A stretch of DNA of 64,000 nucleotides from a virus. Taxonomy: Duplodnaviria; Caudoviricetes. The stretch covers positions 1,454 to 65,453 of the IMG/VR virus record IMGVR_UViG_2851419669_000001; one strand, written 5' to 3'. This document shows, piece after piece, positions 55,571 through 64,000 of this stretch; within the stretch, counting starts at the first letter, position 1; each line of letters starts with the position of its first letter. The translations under genes were made by a program, and so were the position numbers. The notes beneath the pieces are model-generated. The model was not told the origin of the DNA. It searched no databases and was given only the letters and a program-made list of their open reading frames with translations.

Positions 55571-56728
55571 ATGGCAACAATCAAGAAGTATCAGGACAAG
55601 GACGGGAATACCCGTTATCAGTTTCAAGTTTATTTAGGTGTTGATCCACTAACGGGAAAAAAGAAAAATACCCGACGCCGTGGATTCAAGACAAAAAAAG
55701 AAGCCCAGATTGTATTATCAAGACTTGAACTTGATATTTACAATCATGGACTACCGACTAAAAACGATAATACAATTTTTAAGGATATTTACCTACTGTG
55801 GTTCACGCAATATAAACAAACGGTTAAGGAAAGCACTTGGGTAACGACTCAACGGCTGTTCCGGCTTCATATTTTACCAATATTTAGTGATTACCGGATT
55901 GCTAAAATATCCATTAAGGATTGTCAAAAAGCCATAAATCAGTGGTTTAATGCTGGCTTAGTAAAGTATCATACTCTAATGAATTACGTTGCCAAGGTGC
56001 TTGATTATGCCATTAATATTGACTTGATCAGTGAGAATCCAGCCAAGCGCGTTATTGTGCCAGTAAATAAAAATGATCGTTCACGCAAAAATTTAGAAAA
56101 TTACTTTGATAAGGCTGAATTACAACACTTCTTTGAGTGCCTGAATGATGATGACAATACACCGCAAGCCAATGTATTCTTTCGTTTAGCGGCCTTTACT
56201 GGTATGAGAAAATCTGAAATGCTTTGCTTAGAATGGTCTGACATTGATTTTAGCAATCACACTATACGGGTTAATAAAACACAATCCCGTGGTGATGGTG
56301 CCCGTCTGCTAGTACAAGCGCCTAAGACAGCGCGTAGCAATCGGACAGTGTATTTAGATCCCACTACGATCAAAATATTGCAACACTGGCAAGTTGACCA
56401 AAAAGAATGGCTACTACGTTTCGGCTTTAACATCAACCAAGGTAACCACTATGTGTTTGCTAATGAAAATAACGAGATGTTTCAACCATCTAAGCCACGT
56501 AAATGGCTTGAGCATACTCTAACTAAATATGACTTGAAGCATGTTACGGTTCACGCATTCCGCCACACTTATGCGACGCTTGCATTTGAAGCCCATGCTT
56601 CCATCAAGTCAGTACAAGACCAGCTAGGGCATTCAAGCTATCGCACAACTTTAGATATTTACACCGCAGTTACTGCCAAACAAAAAAATGAGGCCACCGA
56701 AAAACTGGCTAATTACCTTAATTTTTAA
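55571..56728 (+). CDS. int: Satellite tyrosine integrase
   Basis: TGMRKSE, HAFRHTYAT, LGHS....TLDIYT. Confidence 0.95.
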   Translation: MATIKKYQDKDGNTRYQFQVYLGVDPLTGKKKNTRRRGFKTKKEAQIVLSRLELDIYNHGLPTKNDNTIFKDIYLLWFTQYKQTVKESTWVTTQRLFRLHILPIFSDYRIAKISIKDCQKAINQWFNAGLVKYHTLMNYVAKVLDYAINIDLISENPAKRVIVPVNKNDRSRKNLENYFDKAELQHFFECLNDDDNTPQANVFFRLAAFTGMRKSEMLCLEWSDIDFSNHTIRVNKTQSRGDGARLLVQAPKTARSNRTVYLDPTTIKILQHWQVDQKEWLLRFGFNINQGNHYVFANENNEMFQPSKPRKWLEHTLTKYDLKHVTVHAFRHTYATLAFEAHASIKSVQDQLGHSSYRTTLDIYTAVTAKQKNEATEKLANYLNF

Positions 56729-56760
56729 TATTTAGACTGCTAAATTTGACGCATTTTACC

Positions 56761-56889
56761 AAGTGGACCACGTTGGACCACCATATGGACCACGTCAGGG
56801 GGTCTTTAAAGCGTTGATATATCAACGTTTGGACCACCGGACCACGTGGACCACGTTAAAACAAACATTTCCAGTACAGGAGGAAAAGG
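56761..56889. repeat. Copy 2 of 129-bp inverted ori repeat
   Basis: Exact reverse complement of 51585..51713. Confidence 0.85.
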
Positions 56890-56997
56890 GTTAATTTAAT
56901 GGTAGTCAGCCAAAAGGACAGCCAACTCAATTTCTTAATGGCCTGAACGCCTCATAATAGCTGGTATACAAGCATTTTTGGTGATATGGGGGTCGTT

Positions 56998-57012
56998 CCC
57001 AGTATACCCAAT
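56998..57012. repeat. Satellite att core, right
   Basis: Identical to 42608..42622. Confidence 0.9.
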
Positions 57013-57024
57013 CAGAAGTACGGA

Positions 57025-57068
57025 TAAAGCCACGCAGGTAAGTTCAAATTTACCTGCGTGGCTTTTTA
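57025..57068 (+). terminator. Host terminator originally downstream of tRNA-Gln
   Basis: AAAGCCACGCAGGTAA...TTACCTGCGTGGCTTT hairpin plus T-tract. Confidence 0.8.
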
Positions 57069-57216
57069 TGAATTGTCACACCCTTGCCAGTGCAATTTTA
57101 TCTTTTTTCACTCAAAACGGTTTACGGACTTGATTAGGGGTTTATAATAGATAGTGTAGACTGTCTGTGAAGCCTTGTAAAATTGTCACTATTTTAAATT
57201 CAATCCAAAGGAGATA

Positions 57217-57450
57217 ATGTTGTTGGTATACAAAGATGTTTTTGGTATCGATCACAATGATTGTCACATTGTTCAGACGCGGCACGAGTTTAACCGGATC
57301 TTCATTATCGAAAATGAAGTTGGCTCTCGCTTTACTTGCATCAAAGATGATGCCCCACTCGAAAAGAAGATGTCTGGGCACTGGAAGTATGCAAAAGCTA
57401 GCGACGCCCCTAAGAACTATGCCGTTCCTTATAAGGCCCAGAAAAACTAA
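57217..57450 (+). CDS. Hypothetical host protein
   Basis: GGAG RBS. Confidence 0.6.
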   Translation: MLLVYKDVFGIDHNDCHIVQTRHEFNRIFIIENEVGSRFTCIKDDAPLEKKMSGHWKYAKASDAPKNYAVPYKAQKN

Positions 57451-57474
57451 ACAACCGTTGAAAAGAGGATTACG

Positions 57475-57747
57475 ATGCGGCGCTATCAACCGTTAACCAA
57501 ATCAAATGGCCGGGTCCCCCACTCGCTCAATCATAACACCAACCCCTACTATGGTCAGCATGGTGCTGATTGGGTCAAAGACACGAATGCTTCGCTATTT
57601 AATGCCCAACATGAGCATCTCCAATCAAAGAGCCATGTTGAGCGACGCGTGCGGCACAACGTCCGTCAAGTGCTGTGGGTGGTCGTGGCGATTCTTGCCA
57701 TGTTACTTGGTGGTTTTATCTTGTTCTCATTAGCGATCAATATTTAA
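57475..57747 (+). CDS. Hypothetical protein with C-terminal TM
   Basis: GAGGA RBS; bidirectional terminator at ~57752..57794. Confidence 0.6.
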   Translation: MRRYQPLTKSNGRVPHSLNHNTNPYYGQHGADWVKDTNASLFNAQHEHLQSKSHVERRVRHNVRQVLWVVVAILAMLLGGFILFSLAINI

Positions 57748-57795
57748 CACTAAAAAGAGTCATTCAGCTTATACAAGTTGAATGACTCTTTTTTA

Positions 57796-58281
57796 CTAGC
57801 CTTTAATTTCCTTGGTATCCACTAAAACTTTGCTGACCATCCGAAGCTCATCAGTTAATTCAGAGGTTCGAATCCGGCCAAATTCGTCGAGGAACTTGCC
57901 AAGGCGTTCTTCGTTAACTTTTTCAATGACCCGTGCTAACTTCTCACCTTTGGCGGTTAACGTTAGATAACGGTACCGACGATCATAAGGATCGATGTTC
58001 AACACAATCAAGTCATTGTTGATCAAGTAGGTCAGTTTCCTTGAAATCGCTGAAGAAGAGACGTGGCGGTCAGCGGCTAGCTCTTTCACCGTAATCCGGT
58101 GATCAGTGCTATGGTCAAGATAGTAGAGAATCAAGAACTGTTCGAACGACACGTCCGCATCAGTCACCATCGTTTGAATAATCTCGCGAAGATGGCTTTC
58201 AAGCCATGACATGCCCACTAAGACTTTTTCGAACAATTCCGCATCGTCGTACTTGGCCTTCTTAGTATTAGTCTTCATCAT
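57796..58281 (-). CDS. MarR-family regulator
   Basis: EQF.IL, ELA....VS..AISR, D..DRR....LT.KG. Confidence 0.9.
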   Translation of the reverse strand: MMKTNTKKAKYDDAELFEKVLVGMSWLESHLREIIQTMVTDADVSFEQFLILYYLDHSTDHRITVKELAADRHVSSSAISRKLTYLINNDLIVLNIDPYDRRYRYLTLTAKGEKLARVIEKVNEERLGKFLDEFGRIRTSELTDELRMVSKVLVDTKEIKG

Positions 58282-58335
58282 TATTTAAAACCCCATTCAT
58301 GCGTCACGTTCAAGGCATCATCAACAACCCCGTGA

Positions 58336-60309
58336 TTACGCACGGACTTCTGCAGCTGGCATAACGGTGATTTCAAGATCACGTGTCATTTGTTTCTCAA
58401 TCGCAGTCTGAACATCACGATCCGTTACAACTAAGCTCGACAACTTACTCTTTCCGTTGATAATATCTTGGACGTGTTGATTATCCAAATCATCAGCAGA
58501 GACGATTGGTAAGAGATGGAAATTATCATTCGTTGCTTGTAAGCATTGGTCGAACAATGGGGCGTTAACTCCCATAACCAACACACTGTTTTGTTGTTGT
58601 AAGACTGATGCCAACCACCAGTTCAATAATTGTGCTTCAGAATGGAAGACATTCGTGATGGCTTCTTCCTTGTTCACTAATTGAATTGATAATTCGTGGT
58701 TACTACCATATTGCTTGACCATTGCTAAAGAGTGGTCTGGACGATAGAAGTTTTCTAGTGTCACTTGTGAGTTATTCGTCCGGTCAAGGTACTGAGTGAC
58801 TGACAAGAACCCGGCAGCATCGTACACATCCCGACGAGTTGCTAATGACCCATTGAAGTAAGTCATGTACCAAATGGCACCATTCTTACGGTACTTCAAC
58901 GTCATAATTGGGTTACCGCCGTCATCGGCAATTGACACAATCTGCTTATCAGCATTGCGCTTATATTGCCATGCAGGATTATCAGGTAATTCTGGTTTAG
59001 TCTTCGCAACAGCACCCGGTACCTTTGCCTGAATCGTGTAGTACATGTTGTACAAGCCAGTTCGTTTATCAACTAAGCCAGCTGATTGGTAACTGTTCCA
59101 AATTTCTGGCAAGCTGTCATTATAGTTAACCGTAATAACATTAGCTTTATCCTTAACTTCACTCTTCAATAAGCCCATGATCATTTCCATCGAAGCCTTT
59201 TCATCACCAGACAATGATTGAATCAGATCGGTGCTGAACAAGAAGTACTTCGCAGACTGGTCAAATTCGACGGGCGATACTAAGTGAGTCGTCCCGTAAT
59301 CCGATTTTAACTTGGCATCAATGCTTTCAATCTTTTGTTGGAGCCCCTTAACAATCGTGGCATTTTGATCATAATCATGTTGTAATCGATTGATTTTCTG
59401 ATTAATCAAGTTGAGTGAACGTTCTTGTTCGTCTTGAGCACTCTTCTTACGATCATAAGCAACTAACGCATCTTGAGCGGTATGTAAGTCTTTTTCCGCA
59501 CTCGTAATCGCGTGTTCCTTCCGCGAACGTTCACGGGTTTCAGTCTGTTCACGCTTCTGGAGTTTCACGAGTTCACTGTTGATTGCGTCATTCTTTTGAT
59601 ACAGATCCTGTGCTTGCTTCTCCTGTTGCTTCATCAACACGAATAACTTCTTAAGATCCTGTTCGCCCTGAATTGCTTTACGCATATCAGCTTCATTTTG
59701 CTTCAAATCAGCTAATGATTGTTCAGACTGCGTAATCTTCTTTTCCAACGATTTGATGGTTTGATCGCTCTTAGCAAGAGCTTTCTTAGCATCATCATAA
59801 CGTTTTTGAGCAGCATTGATGGTCTTGACCATTCCCTGCCGTTCGCTATCGTTCGTGTTAACGACTTTGTCCTGTTTAGACAGAGTAACCTTAGCGTCCT
59901 TTAACTGTTGTTCTAAGTTTAACTGTTCGGCAACTAAAGTTTCATACTGTTGCTTTTCGTGCTTACGGTCCTGAACCAATTGGACCTTAAGCTCCCCACG
60001 TAAAGTTTGGTATTGCTTGTTTAAGTCAGCCATTTCGCGTTCAATGGCCACACTGTTTTTGGCTGCTGTTTGGGTAGCACGCCGTTGGTTGACCCGGTTT
60101 TGGCCCTTAACTGGGGCACTAGTTGAAGCAGTCACACTGCTACTAGTTGGCCGGACACCAGCAGATGACCGCACATTGGGGGTCGTACTACTTTGAGTCG
60201 CCTTTGGTTTTGGCTTTTGAGCAGCAACGGTTGAAGTCGCCGTTGCACGCTCAGAATGATTACGGTAATCCTCATTCTTATCTCTGCGCTTTTTATTGAA
60301 CATCTTCAT
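58336..60309 (-). CDS. Coiled-coil protein with C-terminal glycosyltransferase-accessory-like domain
   Basis: Long heptad region; RRDVYD..GFLS and FY..D motifs like Gtf/TagE N-domains. Confidence 0.55.
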   Translation of the reverse strand: MKMFNKKRRDKNEDYRNHSERATATSTVAAQKPKPKATQSSTTPNVRSSAGVRPTSSSVTASTSAPVKGQNRVNQRRATQTAAKNSVAIEREMADLNKQYQTLRGELKVQLVQDRKHEKQQYETLVAEQLNLEQQLKDAKVTLSKQDKVVNTNDSERQGMVKTINAAQKRYDDAKKALAKSDQTIKSLEKKITQSEQSLADLKQNEADMRKAIQGEQDLKKLFVLMKQQEKQAQDLYQKNDAINSELVKLQKREQTETRERSRKEHAITSAEKDLHTAQDALVAYDRKKSAQDEQERSLNLINQKINRLQHDYDQNATIVKGLQQKIESIDAKLKSDYGTTHLVSPVEFDQSAKYFLFSTDLIQSLSGDEKASMEMIMGLLKSEVKDKANVITVNYNDSLPEIWNSYQSAGLVDKRTGLYNMYYTIQAKVPGAVAKTKPELPDNPAWQYKRNADKQIVSIADDGGNPIMTLKYRKNGAIWYMTYFNGSLATRRDVYDAAGFLSVTQYLDRTNNSQVTLENFYRPDHSLAMVKQYGSNHELSIQLVNKEEAITNVFHSEAQLLNWWLASVLQQQNSVLVMGVNAPLFDQCLQATNDNFHLLPIVSADDLDNQHVQDIINGKSKLSSLVVTDRDVQTAIEKQMTRDLEITVMPAAEVRA

Positions 60310-60408
60310 AATGCAACTCCTCCATAAACTTGATTGTTTGCTCAAAGAGTAGAAAGGTCATCGCTGACCTTTCTATCCGTTCAGCAAATAATCAAGCTAT
60401 TCTAATTA

Positions 60409-63400
60409 TTATGCTTCATGCTTCCGACGAGAAACGCCAAAGTATAGTGCTGAACCCATCAATAAGGTTGAAAGACCCAAGACAGCCAAGGCAGTCCCGT
60501 TTTCGTCTTCATCCGTTTGTGGTAACGTCTTTGCGTCTGAAGTCGTCTTAGTCGTAACTACTGGCTTCAATGAGGCTGATGCAGGAACAACCCCACTAGT
60601 CCCATTGTTAGTAGTAGCCGTCGTCGTTGGCGTTACTTCATCATCAGAAACCGTGGTTGCTGGTGCCGTTGAAGTAGTCGTCGTTGATGAACCGTTGTTT
60701 GATGATCCATTACCATTATCAACAGTATCGTCACTTGGCGTCGTAACAGGAGCAGTTGTAGTTGTACCAGTACCGCCACCGTTGACGTTGTCACCAGTGC
60801 CAGGTGCAGTCGTAGGTGCAGTTGTCGTCGTGCCACCACCGTTATTACCATTGTCGCCGGTACCAGGTGCGGTGGTAGGTGCAGTCGTTGAGCCGCCGTT
60901 ATCATTCTTAGCATAAGTTAAGGTGATCGTCGCGTCATCAGCCACCGTACCACTCAAAGCACCATCAGCTGACTTGTAAGTGTAGCCAGCAATTGAAGGT
61001 GTTGCGACCGTGTAAGTGTCCCCAACTTTGTAAGCTGTGGTCGTCGCACTCTTGATCGTATTACCATCTGCGTCAACATAGTTAACTGTGATCGTCTTAG
61101 TCTGTTCAGTTGGAGTAGTGCCACCGTTCTTCGTGTAAACAAGGGTAACTGTGTTACCGTTGTAGGCAATCGTTCCGGCAATGGCATCACCAGTGGCATG
61201 GTCATAAGTGTAACCAGCAATTTCTGGTTGACCAACCGTGTAAGCTTGACCAACGATATATTCAGTTACGCTGGATGCTTTGATGGTGTTCCCATCAGCG
61301 TCAACATAATTGATCGTCAAGTTAGCTTTATTTTCAACTGGTGTCGTTGAATCCTTGGTGTAAGTTAAGGTAATCGTCTTATTACCATCAACCGTACCAC
61401 TCAAAGCACCATCAGCTGACTTGTACGTGTAACCATCGATCGTTGGCGTTTCAACCGTATAAGTTGAGCCGTTATCCAAAGTTTGGGTCGTAGCGGCCTT
61501 GATCGTCTTACCATCAGCATCAACGTAGTTTACTGTAACCGTTGATTGTTCAACTGGGGCCGCATCCTTGGTGTAAGTTAAGGTAAATCGTCTTATTACC
61601 ATCAACCGTACCACTCAAAGCACCATCAGCTGACTTGTACGTGTAACCATCGATTGTTGGTGTATCAACGTTATAAGTTGAGCCGTTATCCAAAGTTTGG
61701 GTCGTAGCGGCCTTGATCGTCTTACCATCAGCATCAACGTAGTTTACCGTAACCGTTGATTGTTCAACTGGGGTGGCATTCTTAGTGTAAGTTAAGGTAA
61801 TGGTCTTATTGCCATCAACCGTACCAGTCAAAGCGGCATCAGCTGACTTGTACGTGTAACCATCGATTGTTGGTGTATCAACGTTATAAGTTGAGCCATT
61901 ATCCAAAGTTTGGGTCGTAGCAGCCTTGATCGTCTTACCAGATTCATCAACGTAGTTTACAGTAACATCGGATTGTTCAACAACTGGTGCATAAACAAAG
62001 GTTACTGTATTAGCACCAGCAACAAGCGTACCAGCAGCAACATTGCCGGATTGAACATCACCGTCACCAATCTTGTAGCCTACGTAGGTATAGCCATCAA
62101 GACTTGGAGCCGTCAATTTGTAAGTACCACCAGCACGGGTAAATGTTTTGTCAGTACCTTGAGTATATTTATTAGGCGTAGCCAACGTTGTCCCATCAGC
62201 AGTCTGATAGTTAGCAACAATACCAGTATTTTCGGCGTAGACCAATACAATTTCATTATTAGTAGCAACCGAATCGACTGTACCAGTTAAGCCATTGTCA
62301 CCAGGTTTAACGTTATCGCTTGCGCCATAAAGGGCATAGCCATCAATTGTTGCTGGATTAATAGTGAAAGTTGTTCCAACTTTGCCACTCTTAATTACGC
62401 CGCCATCAATCTTAGTATACTTAGGGGTACCATCAGCATTAACGCCGGTGATTACAACGTATGCCACCGAAACATCCTGTGCATCTTCAGCTGGTGTGGT
62501 AGTCGTTACATCAGTAGTTGTCTGCGCAGTGTAATCCCATCCATTCTGATACAGGTCTGTATTTCCAGCCGCTTCAATATGAACTTTATCATCAGCATTT
62601 GGAATATCGTTAATTGATAAATAATCACTATTTGAATTAGTATCATTAGTAGCTGTATATTCATAGTTAAACATTAACGTGGTCGCGTTAATAACGTCCT
62701 TAACTGGAACTACGATTGTGCTACCAGTACCAATAGTCACTGGGGTGTTCTGATCGATTTGATATGAAACAGCCTTCCAAGTTCCGTTAGCCGTTTCAGA
62801 ACTACCTGCAGGAGCAATTGAGAATTGGCCGTTTGTTCGACCCGTATTCCAGTCAATTTTTGAGTTCTTGGTAAGCACGACCTGCATGTCGTATTTTTGT
62901 CCCTTGACGGTCTTGGCAACCGTTGTGCCGTCGACTTTCACGTTGTTGGCGTTAATATCATGGCTGGCAGCTAATGACCCATTACCAGTAGCAACTGTTG
63001 AAGTTGCTTCAGAAGTTGAACCACTAGCAGCTTCAGAAGTTGTTAAAGTTGCTTCACTAGTAACCTTTGGCGTTGCACTAGAGGTCGGTGCAGTAACTGT
63101 TGGCGTTTCCTGTTGAACAGTCGCGGTTGTATCAGCACTAGCGGCTCGTGACTGAATCTTAGCAGAAGTTGCAACAGCGGTTTGCGTTGTATCATTTTGA
63201 CTAGCAACAGAACTGGCAGCACTTGTTGTTGAAGTAGCACTCTGTGTTGCAGCAGAAACTGTTGAAGTTGATTGACTAGTCGTAGAAGTTGCTTGGCTAG
63301 TCGAAGATGCAGAACTGGCATCCGAAGTAGCCGCTTGACTAGTTGCTGATGAACTGGCTCCACTAGTAACTTGTTCCGTTTTAGTTTCATTTGCTGGTGT

Positions 63401-63550
63401 TGTATCAGCAGATGCATTGACGTTGGCAAATACTAGGCCGGCAGCTAAAGCTAACGTAGTTGCACCAGCGTAGACCCAGCGTTTACCGTCTTTATACATC
63501 TTTACCCGATAAATTGAATCACCGGTCACTTTTTGATTATCTTTTGACAT
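60409..63550 (-). pseudogene. LPXTG cell-surface MucBP-repeat adhesin with KxYKxGKxW signal, frameshifted at ~61586
   Basis: KMYKDGKRW signal, VTVNYVD..G..I repeats, LPQTD anchor; split into ORFs 61550..63610 and 60409..61614 by one extra base. Confidence 0.8.
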
Positions 63551-64000
63551 ATGGATTCCTCCCCAAGCACTCACGATTTTTTTGGCCTCATGTAAAATGA
63601 TGGGTGACAAATCGCTTGCCAGCCCATCATCTTAGTCACGCGTCTATCGTATTGTGCTTATTACACCATAAATGGTTTTGTTGGCATTTCAGTTTTAAAT
63701 AACGTATTAGCCCTTAATGGCTTTGATTACGTTCAAGATAAAACTGTGTAAGCCACCAAAGATGTCATTTGAAACACTTGATGAATACGATGATGTGTGT
63801 GTTCCTGGTAAAATATGAAAATCATTGAAAAAGCTCATGATCTATTCCCCTTTTAATTGGTTAATTAATTAGCCTTTAATAGCTGCAATTACGTTCAGTA
63901 CGAATTGATAAAAAGTACCCAATGGTTGGTTGCTTACATAACTCGTATGCGTTGCAGTATGTGTACCTGGTAAGAAATGCAAATCAGAAAAGAAACTCAT

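Larger units (their letters stand above)
42608..57012. mobile_element. Capsid-forming phage satellite (cf-PICI-like), ~14.4 kb
   Basis: 15-bp att repeat; int, repressor, primase, VirE helicase, HNH, terS/L, portal, protease-capsid, adaptor and connector; no tail or lysis genes. Confidence 0.88.

Overview
This is a low-GC Firmicute chromosome segment; gene content suggests Lactiplantibacillus plantarum or a relative (inference). It holds two complete-looking integrated elements back to back. (1) A ~41.9 kb siphovirus prophage (192..42097) sits at the 3' end of tRNA-Glu(CTC) with a 21-bp att repeat. It has SPP1-like head genes, tail and lysis genes, two repressor/Cro-type switches and three intact tRNAs. 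Its accessory genes include an AbiF/Abi_2-like HEPN gene with a terminated leader RNA, a DUF2829/Tad2-like gene, mscL, an EVE/PUA-like membrane protein and two tRNA-like RNAs. (2) A ~14.4 kb tail-less, capsid-forming satellite (cf-PICI-like, 42608..57012) sits in tRNA-Gln(CTG) with HK97-type packaging and head genes. Host genes follow: a MarR regulator, a coiled-coil protein and a frameshifted LPXTG/MucBP adhesin. The least explained signals are non-coding: clusters of short, mutually different palindromes in the satellite that resemble the variable coding palindromes of phage antirepressor DNA-binding domains, a perfect 129-bp inverted duplication of the satellite origin, and tandem promoter-hairpin-terminator mini-units. 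Both major virion proteins also end in the same SSLGH peptide. Family assignments are by motif recognition only; no searches were run.
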